A stretch of DNA of 51,466 nt from Firmicutes bacterium CAG:475. GTDB taxonomy: Bacteria; Bacillota; Clostridia; Christensenellales; CAG-917. The translations under genes were made by a program, and so were the position numbers. The DNA is taken from contig FR895540.1 of the NCBI GenBank assembly GCA_000434435.1, forward strand, positions 1 to 51,466. Reading direction: 5' to 3'. The number at the start of each line of letters is the position of its first letter. Position 1 is the stretch's first letter. The notes beneath the pieces are model-generated. The model had not been told where the DNA came from, made no database searches, and saw only the letters and a program-made list of their open reading frames with translations. Below are positions 8,860 through 17,577 of this stretch, one piece after another.

Positions 8860-9582
8860 TTAACAGCAAAATGGTTTTTTCAAATAAAGGAGATATTCAA
8901 CGTTTTTGTTTTCGTATCGTATGGGAGAAATCGAAAGGTCGAGTATCTCGAACCCGACGGATATCGCATAGCTTTTTACGCTCTCCACCGCTCTTTTACG
9001 CAATTTTTCATCGGTTACTATACCGCTTTTGGTCAACGCCGACTTGTCGAGCTCGAATTGAGGTTTGACAAGCACCACCGCTTCGCCGCCGTTTTTGAGC
9101 AAGTCGAACATTGATTGCAATACATATTTCAACGAAATAAAACTTACGTCGCTGCACAAAAAATCGACTTTTTCAAGGATTTTTGGCAATTCTCTTGCGT
9201 TTGCCTTCAAAAAATCGACTTTACCGCTTTCAAGCAACTTTGAGTCGAGCGCGCAATCGGCAACGTCAACCGCAAGCACGTGCTTTGCTCCGTGTCTGAG
9301 CAAACAATCGGTAAAGCCGCCGTTTGAGCATCCTATATCCGCACAATTTTTGCCGTTTACGTCAAGTGAAAAATCATCGAATGCTTTTTCGAGTTTATAC
9401 GCGCCTTGCGAGGCATAGTTCTCGTCGTTGACGATTTCTATATCGTCGTTTTCGCCGACGTCCAAAGAGGATTTCGTCACGACTTTTCCTCTCAAAAGTA
9501 CACTGCCGGTTTTTATCAAATTTTCGGCATAGGTGCGAGATTTGAGATTAAATTTGTCTTGAATGTATTTGTCTATCCTCAT
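8860..9582 (-). CDS. tlyA: TlyA-family rRNA (cytidine-2'-O)-methyltransferase
   Basis: An S4 domain forms the N-terminus (MRIDKYIQDKFNLKSRTYAENLIKTGSVLLRGKVV) and is followed by an FtsJ-like SAM motif (DIGCSNGGFTDCLL). Confidence 0.9.
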   Translation of the reverse strand: MRIDKYIQDKFNLKSRTYAENLIKTGSVLLRGKVVTKSSLDVGENDDIEIVNDENYASQGAYKLEKAFDDFSLDVNGKNCADIGCSNGGFTDCLLRHGAKHVLAVDVADCALDSKLLESGKVDFLKANARELPKILEKVDFLCSDVSFISLKYVLQSMFDLLKNGGEAVVLVKPQFELDKSALTKSGIVTDEKLRKRAVESVKSYAISVGFEILDLSISPIRYENKNVEYLLYLKKPFCC

Positions 9583-9634
9583 ATGCTCAACAAAAATCTA
9601 TCGACCGAAATCAACTATCGCTGTTTACAAAGCG

Positions 9635-10525
9635 TTATTTCGATTTTTTGTCCTCTTTGAGTTCGTCTTTGTGCTCTTGCGTCTTTGCTTCCTTTTGTTT
9701 TTTGCGGATTTTCCTTTCGTCCTTATTGAAGATTGCAAGCACTCTTGCAACAAACATCACAAAGTCTTTGGAGTTGGATATTGCGATTTTTTTCATAAAC
9801 GCCTTGCCGCCTATCGTCATTGCCGAAACTATTGCCGACACGGCGATTGACAACACGATTTGCCACGTTTGCTGAAGGCTCATTGTGATTTTGACAACCA
9901 AAGCCGCCGAACACGCGCCCGAAATAATGCTGAAAATATCGCCGACGATATCGTTGCAAACGCTGGATACGGTATCGCTGTTTTTCGTGAGCCAAAGAGC
10001 CGTTTTTGCACCGTAAACCTTGCGCGATGCCATGGAAAGTATCGGCGTTGTGTCGCAAGAAGTCACCGCAACGCCGATTGCATCGAACAATATACCCGAC
10101 AAAATCAGGAACGCAAGCAAGACGATCACCACGACGATTTGTTCGGCATTCGAAACGATTTCGCTCAAATACGAGAAAAAAGCAGACAAAACGAGGGATA
10201 TAACGGTTGCCTTGATCCACCAAACGTTGCGCTTTTTCTTGGACGATTTTTTCTTTTTGTCGTCCTTTTGAGATTTATCGCAGTGTTTCGAATCGTGGTT
10301 TTCGCTCTTTTTATCTTCTTTTTGCGTGAACGTCGAACATGTTACCGTGTCCGGATTTTTGTCGGACGGCAAATTTTCGTTTGTGAGGGTCGGAGTATTA
10401 GAAATGCTGTTATTTTGAATATCTAATGAGGTTTTTTGCTCTTCGTTTGCAATGGGAACATCAGCCTTGTCGTTTTCAAACGAAGGATTTTCATCAATAT
10501 TGTTGTTTGACGGTTGCATATACAC
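9635..10525 (-). CDS. oapA: integral membrane protein, candidate OLE-associated protein A (DUF21/CNNM-like TM domain with an N-terminal low-complexity extension)
   Basis: The 296-aa product has about 105 N-terminal aa of N/S/T/K/D-rich low complexity. Four predicted TM helices follow (WWIKATVISLVLSAFF..., VVVIVLLAFLILSGILFDAIGVAV, a segment with the D-x3-D motif NDIVGDIFSIISGACSAALVV, and WQIVLSIAVSAIVSAMTIGG). The SD GAGGUG precedes the ATG at 10525. The gene lies directly downstream of the large structured RNA and upstream of tlyA. The CDS call is solid; the oapA assignment rests on context and architecture. Confidence 0.6.
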   Translation of the reverse strand: MYMQPSNNNIDENPSFENDKADVPIANEEQKTSLDIQNNSISNTPTLTNENLPSDKNPDTVTCSTFTQKEDKKSENHDSKHCDKSQKDDKKKKSSKKKRNVWWIKATVISLVLSAFFSYLSEIVSNAEQIVVVIVLLAFLILSGILFDAIGVAVTSCDTTPILSMASRKVYGAKTALWLTKNSDTVSSVCNDIVGDIFSIISGACSAALVVKITMSLQQTWQIVLSIAVSAIVSAMTIGGKAFMKKIAISNSKDFVMFVARVLAIFNKDERKIRKKQKEAKTQEHKDELKEDKKSK

Positions 10526-10540
10526 CTCAAAAAAGTCTAT

Positions 10541-11120
10541 GTAATGGTGGCAACGCCTCGGGTAAACCTTGCGCCATAGGTTCGGTAGGTTTTCCCTGAC
10601 TCAAAACTCGTCGTCGCCGTCCGAGAAGTTTCCTATTGCATGAGTCATCTCAAAGAGAAACCGAATCGCCACTTAGAGCACACTATAATCCCCGAGCCGC
10701 CTCGCATGAACAGTCTAGAAGATTTCCTTGACAGATTCCGCCCGCCCTTATCTTTTTTTGCAAAGAGGATTTCACAAGGCGATCGCCACTCGTTGTTGCG
10801 CAACGCCGAGAAGCGTGGTTCCTTGATCCCTCCAAATCACTCAAAGCAGGCTACACTGTACACAGCGCAGATGCACCGCATATCAGGTTTAACCCCGGTC
10901 AGTAAGCGAATGTTACCTCGTCTACCGAATCGGGTCTCCACGGAAATTGGGTCGGGGTTTGCATGCCGTTGCAAGCCGCCCAAAAACCTTAACTCCCAGC
11001 AACAGCCCCAATTTGGGCAAAAGAAGCCATCACCAGAAACTTCATCGATATGCCCTTCGGCGATATTTTACCCCCGCCTCCGAGTCGGTGGAATCTGACT
11101 AGAATACTGCACCACCATTT
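10541..11120 (-). ncRNA. ole: large structured noncoding RNA, candidate OLE (ornate, large, extremophilic) RNA
   Basis: There is no minus-strand ORF in the 700-bp gap between recG and the membrane-protein gene. A consensus promoter lies immediately upstream. The terminal helix pairs 5' AAUGGUGG (11119..11112) with 3' CCACCAUU (10549..10542). Internal helices include AAAUUGGG/CCCAAUUU (10944-10951 with 11007-11014), a UUGCA/UGCAA hairpin (10959-10974), CGUUG-loop-CAACG (10791-10805), and CUCGG/CCGAG (10556-10560 with 10620-10624). The length of about 580 nt and the synteny (RNA, membrane protein, tlyA, nadK, argR, recN) fit OLE. This has not been verified with a covariance model. Confidence 0.6.
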
Positions 11121-11126
11121 ATAAAT

Positions 11127-11154
11127 ATTATATCACATTTCAAGAATATGTCAA
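11127..11154 (-). promoter_or_regulatory. consensus sigma-A promoter driving the large ncRNA (TTGACA-16-TATAAT)
   Basis: On the minus strand, TTGACA is at 11154..11149, the spacer is 16 nt and ends in TGTGA, and TATAAT is at 11132..11127. The predicted TSS of about 11120 coincides with the 5' strand of the terminal helix. Confidence 0.6.
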
Positions 11155-11227
11155 ACGGGCGTATTATGTTGAACAAACACAAATAATAAATTGGTTGTCA
11201 AATATTCAAAATACATTATGCGCCTTG

Positions 11228-13255
11228 TCAGCTGTTGAGTGTAACGGCTCCGAGTTCGGCAAGAAAATCGTCTATTCCGGATTTTGAAGTTCTGGTAAGA
11301 GCCAAAAGTTCGCTTAATGACAAGTTTGAAAGATTTTTCTCTGCGTATTCTTTTGCGTTTGAGAGGATTTGAGCATTGATTTGCAATGAAAAAATCGGCG
11401 TAAGCGAACGACCGCTTTGCTTGACTCCGAGAAAATCCCCCGCGCCACGCATGGCAAAATCCATTTCGGCAAGATATTGCCCGTCGTTTGATTTTTCAAG
11501 AGTTTCAAGACGTTGAATTGCCCTTTCGCCCTTATTTAACGAGTGCAACAAACAATGAGCTTCACTTCCGTCACGTCCTACACGTCCTCTCAACTGGTGC
11601 AAAGAAGAAAGCCCGAATCTATCCGCGTTCAAAATCAAAATCTCGCTTGCTTTTGTATCGATTCCGACTTCTATGACGGTTGTTGCAATCAAAAGTTGCG
11701 TTTTTCCGCTCGAAAAGTCTGCCATAGCCTGTTCTTTTTCATCGTTTTTAAGTTTTCCATGCATCACGCAAATTGAAAAATCACCGAATAGATTGCCGAA
11801 ATCTCTCAAAAAACTTTCAATCGACATCAAATTGTTGCCCTCTGCGTCCACAATGGACGGACAAACAATAAACGCTTGTTTACCCCTCTTCAATTTGTCG
11901 ATGACAAAGTCGACGGCAGAATGTAAATCGTCGTATACTTTTGTAGAAACGTTTGTTTCAGCTTCTTCCCTCTTTTTTATATGCGAAATAGCAATGTCCT
12001 CATAAAATGTCAACGCCATAGAACGAGGTATCGGGGTTGCCGTCAGGCTCAATACGTCGACCGCACCCTTTTGTTCCAGCCTTGCTCTGTCGTTTACGCC
12101 GAATCTATGCTGTTCGTCAATGACGGCGAGCGCAAGGTTTTGATACTCGACGTCGTCCGATACAAGTGAATTTGTGCCGATTACGCATTGATAATAGCCG
12201 TTTTTCAGTCCCGCAAGCACTTTTCGTCTTTCTGTTTGAGACAGCGAACTCGTAAGCAAGGCAAATCTGATTCCCGTGTCGCTTGCGATTTGAGCAAACT
12301 TCTTTGCATGCTGCTTGGCAAGAATTTCCGTGGGAACCATAAGAGCCGCTTGTTTGCCGCCCTTAACAGCTGCGTACATTGCGAAAAATGCGACTGCCGT
12401 TTTTCCGCTTCCGACGTCGCCGCTGACAATTCTCGACATGTATTTGTCACCGTTCATGTCGGAAAAAATATCCTCAAAAGCCTGAAACTGACTGTCGGTC
12501 GGTTCAAAATTTAGCGTCGAAACATAATCAAGTATTCTAAAATTCTCAAAATTATAAAATACTTTCCTCGATTTTTGAGTGCTTCTGCGAAGTTTTCTGT
12601 AAATTGACAAAACGATTGCCAAATCAATCGACGCAAGCGAATCTATCGCCCTATCTGCGATATTCAAACTTGTCGGTCTGTGTGCCGCCTCGAAACATAA
12701 TGCCAAATCTTTGTTTACCTTGGCAAGACTTCCCTCATAATTTGCGCCTTTTAAGTTGTCCAATGCGGAATAAACGATATTTTTGAAAGCGTTTTGTCCC
12801 ATAACGCTGCCGAGCGGATACAAGGTATAGATACCGTCAAGTTTGGATATTCTTTCGATTTTTTCAAGCGATGGATTGACGACGGTAAGCGAGCCTATAT
12901 CGTTTGTCAATCTCGTTAACAATCTGTACGACTGCCCGATTGAAAAACCATCGTGCAAAAACGGCATATTGTAAAACATTGCTTTGAAATATACTTTGTT
13001 GTTTGCAAGATTGTCGCTGAAAACGACGAAGAAAGATTTTGTTTTTGAGCGAGTCACGCCGGATAGACTCTCAACCCTGCCTTCAAGCAAACAAAGTTGA
13101 TTGGGTTCGGCATCCAAAACTTTTATAGGTTCTTTGAGATCGATATACTTTCTAGGCAAAAAAGAAAAGACCTCGAATACCGAATGTATATCAAGGTCGT
13201 GAAGCTTTTTTATCGTTGCGTCACCGACGCCTTTGACATCGCGCAACGTAAGCAT
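11228..13255 (-). CDS. recG: ATP-dependent DNA helicase RecG
   Basis: The 675-aa product has an N-terminal wedge/OB region, SF2 helicase motifs (GDVGSGKTAVA, DEQHRFG, SLTATPIPRS) and a C-terminal QLRGRVGR. Confidence 0.95.
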   Translation of the reverse strand: MLTLRDVKGVGDATIKKLHDLDIHSVFEVFSFLPRKYIDLKEPIKVLDAEPNQLCLLEGRVESLSGVTRSKTKSFFVVFSDNLANNKVYFKAMFYNMPFLHDGFSIGQSYRLLTRLTNDIGSLTVVNPSLEKIERISKLDGIYTLYPLGSVMGQNAFKNIVYSALDNLKGANYEGSLAKVNKDLALCFEAAHRPTSLNIADRAIDSLASIDLAIVLSIYRKLRRSTQKSRKVFYNFENFRILDYVSTLNFEPTDSQFQAFEDIFSDMNGDKYMSRIVSGDVGSGKTAVAFFAMYAAVKGGKQAALMVPTEILAKQHAKKFAQIASDTGIRFALLTSSLSQTERRKVLAGLKNGYYQCVIGTNSLVSDDVEYQNLALAVIDEQHRFGVNDRARLEQKGAVDVLSLTATPIPRSMALTFYEDIAISHIKKREEAETNVSTKVYDDLHSAVDFVIDKLKRGKQAFIVCPSIVDAEGNNLMSIESFLRDFGNLFGDFSICVMHGKLKNDEKEQAMADFSSGKTQLLIATTVIEVGIDTKASEILILNADRFGLSSLHQLRGRVGRDGSEAHCLLHSLNKGERAIQRLETLEKSNDGQYLAEMDFAMRGAGDFLGVKQSGRSLTPIFSLQINAQILSNAKEYAEKNLSNLSLSELLALTRTSKSGIDDFLAELGAVTLNS

Positions 13256-13256
13256 A

Positions 13257-14912
13257 TTATTCAGCGGAAATTATGTAATAATAATGCGGTTGTCCGCCCG
13301 GATAACATGCCGTTTCAAGCCAATCGAACTCTTCCGTGACTTTTTGGATGAGTGCGTTTGCGTCTTCGTCGGACACGTCTTTTCCGTAATAAAGAGTCAG
13401 CATATCCTTGTCTTTTGCGATTTTTCGTATGGTATCCAACGTTGCGTCGGCTACGTTTTGGCTCTTTGCGACGATTTTCTTCTCGCAAATGCCGATAATA
13501 TCGCCCTCTTTGACGGAATATCTGTTCATACGAGTCGAACGTACGGCATGAGTGATTTCCGCACAAGTTACGCCTTTTATCGCTTCGCACATATTTTCAA
13601 AGTTTTCATCGGGCGTAGAGTCCGCATCGAAAGCAAGCGACGCAGAAATTCCCTCGGGCATATTCGTCGTAGGAATAACGAAAACTTTTGACTTTGCCAG
13701 CTCTTTCGCCTGATTTGCGGCAAGGATTATATTCGAGTTGTTGGGAAGCACGAACACGTTTTCCGCTTTTGCGTCGTTGACGGCTTTAAGGATGTCGTCG
13801 ACGCTCGGATTCATCGTTTGGCCGCCTTCTACAACTATGTCCACCATCAAGTCTTTGAAGATGTTTGCCATACCCTCGCCCGAGCAGATGGAAATCATCG
13901 CGTAATCTTTGAGTTCAACTTCCTCTTCGGGCTTGTCGTTCGCATGAATTTTGCGGTTTTGTTCAAGCATATTCTCGATTTTTACGCCGTCAAGCTCGCC
14001 GAGTGCAAGAGCCGCTTTGAGCGCACGGTCGGGATGATTTGTATGAACGTGGGTTTTTACAAGGTCGGTATCGCCTATGACGAGCACGCAATCGCCGATT
14101 GTCATAAGATAATCCCTGAATTTGTTGATTGCGGCGGTCGTAACCTCGTTTTTGAGGTGAGTTATAAAAAATTCCGTGCAATATTGGAAAGTGATATGCT
14201 CGTAGTCGTTTTCAAAAGGATCGAATTCCTCTTGCCCCGTTGCGATGGGTTCGCTTTGCTCGGGAGCGATTTTTCCGCCGCTGATAAGCGTAAGTTCTTC
14301 ACCAACGAGCGTGCGATACATTCCGTCGAAAACCGTCACCAAACCTCTTCCGCCTGCGTCGACAACGCCTGCTTTTTTGAGAACGGGCAACATTTCGGGG
14401 GTCTTTTGCAAGATATCCTCGCCGGCGTCGATAACTTTTTTGAGGAAGGATTCAAATTCAACCTTCTTGCCTCTCGACGCGCTTTGAGCCTCCTCTGCCA
14501 TTGCTCTGACAACGGTCAAAATAGTGCCTTCTTTGGGCTTTGTAACTGCGCTGTACGCAATCTCCGTGCCTTTTTTCAGGCATTCGGCAAAAGTCTTTGC
14601 ATTGAGGTCCGCCTTCCCTTCGAGAGCAACGGCAAAGCCTCTGAAAATTTGCGAAGAGATAACGCCCGAGTTGCCTCTTGCGCCGCGCAAAGCGCCCTTT
14701 GAGAAAGCGAGCGCGATTTCGTCTATGAGCAACGATTCGCAAGCGTTGGCTTCTCTCACGGCAGATGCAAGCGTCATGGACATATTCGTGCCCGTATCTC
14801 CGTCGGGAACGGGGAAAACGTTGAGTTCGTCAACGATAGCCCTGTTCATTTCAAGAGCTTTTGCACCGCCTTGGAGCATCTCTTTGAATTTCAATCCGTC
14901 AATTCTTATCAT
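13257..14912 (-). CDS. DAK2 domain-containing protein (YloV family)
   Basis: The N-terminus carries the DAK2 motif (VFPVPDGDTGTNM). The 551-aa length and the position between the asp23-like gene and recG match Bacillus yloU-yloV-recG. Confidence 0.9.
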   Translation of the reverse strand: MIRIDGLKFKEMLQGGAKALEMNRAIVDELNVFPVPDGDTGTNMSMTLASAVREANACESLLIDEIALAFSKGALRGARGNSGVISSQIFRGFAVALEGKADLNAKTFAECLKKGTEIAYSAVTKPKEGTILTVVRAMAEEAQSASRGKKVEFESFLKKVIDAGEDILQKTPEMLPVLKKAGVVDAGGRGLVTVFDGMYRTLVGEELTLISGGKIAPEQSEPIATGQEEFDPFENDYEHITFQYCTEFFITHLKNEVTTAAINKFRDYLMTIGDCVLVIGDTDLVKTHVHTNHPDRALKAALALGELDGVKIENMLEQNRKIHANDKPEEEVELKDYAMISICSGEGMANIFKDLMVDIVVEGGQTMNPSVDDILKAVNDAKAENVFVLPNNSNIILAANQAKELAKSKVFVIPTTNMPEGISASLAFDADSTPDENFENMCEAIKGVTCAEITHAVRSTRMNRYSVKEGDIIGICEKKIVAKSQNVADATLDTIRKIAKDKDMLTLYYGKDVSDEDANALIQKVTEEFDWLETACYPGGQPHYYYIISAE

Positions 14913-14927
14913 CTTTGTATATACCTA

Positions 14928-15278
14928 TCACACGCGGATACCCACGACGTTGACGTGAACGCGTTTTACGCGCATACCCGTAAACGTTTCAAGCGAAAAC
15001 TTGACCGCATCCGCAAGGGACTTTTTAACCGCTTCTATATTGACGCCCAATTTCAACACGACAAAAAGCTCGACGTAGATGAGATCGTCCACCGTCTGAA
15101 CGAGTGCGCCTTTGCCGAGTTGATTTTTTCCGAGCAGCTGGCTTATGTTATCGCTGAAACGACGTGAGACCAAGTCCACCACGCCGTAGCAATCCTGAGC
15201 CGCATGGCTAGCAACGGTTTGCATAGCCTCTTCGCTTATGGAAATTTTGCCGAATTTGTTTGAAGTTGAAAGCGACAT
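14928..15278 (-). CDS. Asp23/Gls24 family envelope stress protein (YloU-like)
   Basis: The 116-aa product reads GKISISEEAMQTVASHAAQDCYGVVDL, typical of the Asp23 family. It is divergent from rpmB. Confidence 0.9.
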   Translation of the reverse strand: MSLSTSNKFGKISISEEAMQTVASHAAQDCYGVVDLVSRRFSDNISQLLGKNQLGKGALVQTVDDLIYVELFVVLKLGVNIEAVKKSLADAVKFSLETFTGMRVKRVHVNVVGIRV

Positions 15279-15352
15279 ACCTTTTCCTTTTCTAAAATAT
15301 TACTATATAAGATAAATTTTTGCAACTAAATGACAAATTTTATGCAAATCAG

Positions 15353-15381
15353 TTGCAAAACCTATTATTATTTGTTAGAAT
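15353..15381 (+). promoter_or_regulatory. putative rpmB promoter (TTGCAA-17-TAGAAT)
   Basis: The -35 is at 15353..15358, the spacer is 17 nt, and the -10 is at 15376..15381. AGGAGG and the ATG at 15412 follow. Confidence 0.5.
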
Positions 15382-15411
15382 AGCAATCGTTCAAATTAGG
15401 AGGTACAGTAT

Positions 15412-15603
15412 ATGTCCAGAGTTTGTAGTGTATGCGGAAAAGGCAGAATGAGCGGCAACGCAGTCAGCCACAGCAACAGAAAGACCAGACGCAGTTGGGC
15501 TCCCAACGTCCAAAAAGTCAAAGTCAATACACCGACCGGCGGAGTTGAAGATACTTACGTTTGCACACGTTGTCTTCGTTCCGGCAAAGTTGACCGTGCG
15601 TAA
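15412..15603 (+). CDS. rpmB: 50S ribosomal protein L28
   Basis: The 63-aa product reads [36 protein letters not shown], a canonical L28. It has a strong SD. Confidence 0.95.
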   Translation: MSRVCSVCGKGRMSGNAVSHSNRKTRRSWAPNVQKVKVNTPTGGVEDTYVCTRCLRSGKVDRA

Positions 15604-15634
15604 TTTGTTCTGAATAATGTAGCAATCAACGTTA

Positions 15635-15662
15635 GCCCTTCCGAGTGGAGGGCGTTTTTTTG
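15635..15662 (+). terminator. intrinsic terminator of rpmB
   Basis: The sequence is GCCCTTC cgagt GGAGGGC followed by GTTTTTTT. Confidence 0.75.
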
Positions 15663-15951
15663 TTTTGTTTTTTAGGTTTATCCCCTTCTCTTTGGCGATT
15701 TCAAAATTTTGCCGTCAGTCTGATTTTTTGTCCTTTCTTGCGAAAAGTTTGAGAATGGCTTTTATAAATTTGGGCGGATTGATGCAGATAATTTTGTTCA
15801 TATTCACCTCGTTTTTTATCAAAATATGAGCTGTCCTCGATTTTCGTTACAAAAAAGGAACCCTTTTCGACGGAAAAGAGCTCGATTGTTTTTATAAATA
15901 TCACCGTTTGTTTTTTTACTGCTAATTTTTAGGTATTGACTATGCAACCGC

Positions 15952-16593
15952 TTATACGTGCAATGCGGCAATGCTTCTTTGCGGATCGGGCGACTTAAAT
16001 ACGGAACTTCCTGCAACCGCAACGTCAACTCCCGCGTCTTTTAAAAGCATAATATTGTTCTCGCTCACGCCTCCGTCGACTTCTATGAGGTAGTTATATC
16101 CGTGTTTTTCTCTCTCGATTGCTCCGAGCCTTGCTTTTTCAAGACATTCGGGTTTGAAGCTCTGCCCTCCGAACCCTGCCTGAACTGTCATAATCACCAG
16201 CATATCGATTTGATCGAGATACGGCTTTGCGATATCGAAATCAACGTCGGCATTGACTACGATTCCACACTTTTTGCCTTTGGATTTGACGGTATCGATT
16301 GCGCCTTGAACGTCTTTGGACGCATCGGGATGGAAGGTAACAATATCCGCGCCCGCATCGCAAAATTGCCCGACGTACTTTTCGGGCTCGGTGATCATGA
16401 GATGCGCGTCGATAGGCAAATTCGTGTTGCGTCTGAACGCCTTGACCATTGGCATGCCGAACGTGATATTAGGCACGTACACGCCGTCCATAACGTCGCA
16501 ATGCACGATATCCGCGCCCCATTTTTCGATGTTTTTTACCTCGCTTGCCATATTGCCGAAATCGGCGGCAAGCATTGACGGTGCAACAAGCAT
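15952..16593 (-). CDS. rpe: ribulose-phosphate 3-epimerase
   Basis: The product reads PSMLAADFGNM...HCDVMDGVYVPNITFG...DGGV, canonical Rpe. Confidence 0.95.
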   Translation of the reverse strand: MLVAPSMLAADFGNMASEVKNIEKWGADIVHCDVMDGVYVPNITFGMPMVKAFRRNTNLPIDAHLMITEPEKYVGQFCDAGADIVTFHPDASKDVQGAIDTVKSKGKKCGIVVNADVDFDIAKPYLDQIDMLVIMTVQAGFGGQSFKPECLEKARLGAIEREKHGYNYLIEVDGGVSENNIMLLKDAGVDVAVAGSSVFKSPDPQRSIAALHV

Positions 16594-16625
16594 AACGCCC
16601 TCCGTTTAATAGTTCAGCGCAAAAG

Positions 16626-17483
16626 TCAGTCGTATTTTTCTTCTTTGCGCTTTACGAGTTCTTGATAAATGGTTTTGTATCTTTCGTATCTGCCGACGCC
16701 TATTTCCTTGCCTACGTGCGCTTTTACGGCGCAATCGGGCTCGTCCGTATGCGTACACATATTGAAGCGGCAATCCTTTCTGAACGCCTCCAAATCATCG
16801 AAATAAAGGCGTAGATTTTCGGGCGCGACGTCGACGGTTTCAAGCATGGAAAATCCGCACGTGTCGACAAAATACGTTCCCTCGCCGATATGGAAAATTT
16901 CCGTCTTGCGAGTGGTGTTTTTGCCGCGTTTTATCTTTTTTGCGAGTTCGCCTACTTCAAGCAAATCGCAATCGAGAATATTGTTCAAAAGCGAGCTTTT
17001 TCCGACTGCCGATTGTCCTGCAAAACAAGCGGTTTTACCCTTTGCGATTTCAACGATTTTTTTTACGTTTTCTCCCGTTTGCGCACTGCACTCGATTTGC
17101 TTGACGAAGCCGTCGTATTCTGCCGTATCGATATGTTTTACGTCGGCTTTGTTTTTGACCAAAATCGGCTCAATTCCTTCCATAAGGCAGTTGACGATAA
17201 TTTTGTCGACGAGCAAGAAATCGGGTTCGGGTTCGGGAGCGATGACGATAAAGCAAACGTCAACGTTTGAAACGTAGGGGCGAATTAGACGATTTTTGCG
17301 CGGAGCAACGTTTTCAATAACGAAACTGTCGCGATCCTTTGCAATCTCGACGTAATCTCCGACGTAAATCAAACCGTCGTTTTTAAGCCGTTTTCTCGCA
17401 AAGCAAACCTTGACGCCCTCGTCGGTGTCAACGAAAAATTTTGAAGCGACGGCTTTTATAACTCTGCCTTTGTATGTTTTCAT
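16626..17483 (-). CDS. rsgA: ribosome small subunit-dependent GTPase A
   Basis: The product has an OB-fold N-terminus, a circularly permuted GTPase (NKADV ... FAGQSAVGKSSLLN) and a C-terminal Zn cluster (CRFNMCTHTDEPDCAV). Confidence 0.9.
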   Translation of the reverse strand: MKTYKGRVIKAVASKFFVDTDEGVKVCFARKRLKNDGLIYVGDYVEIAKDRDSFVIENVAPRKNRLIRPYVSNVDVCFIVIAPEPEPDFLLVDKIIVNCLMEGIEPILVKNKADVKHIDTAEYDGFVKQIECSAQTGENVKKIVEIAKGKTACFAGQSAVGKSSLLNNILDCDLLEVGELAKKIKRGKNTTRKTEIFHIGEGTYFVDTCGFSMLETVDVAPENLRLYFDDLEAFRKDCRFNMCTHTDEPDCAVKAHVGKEIGVGRYERYKTIYQELVKRKEEKYD

Positions 17484-17577
17484 AATAGTTTGATTTTGTT
17501 TATTCTCGTACCGTTGCGGTTATGTCGGGTTTTTCTTTGTGCAAAATTTATCCGATTAGAACACCGTTACATGCGTT

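Noticed and set aside
10640-11098. A 152-aa plus-strand ORF fills the recG-oapA gap.
   Set aside because: It has no SD and a P/R/S/G-rich composition typical of a GC-rich structured RNA read in frame. It runs antisense to every neighbouring gene and lies exactly within the helix-rich, promoter-driven RNA candidate.
15701-16028. Two small minus-strand ORFs (67 and 69 aa) lie between rpmB and rpe.
   Set aside because: They use a GTG or weak start, have no SD, and have an AT-rich low-complexity composition. The second overlaps the rpe 3' end. There is no supporting motif.
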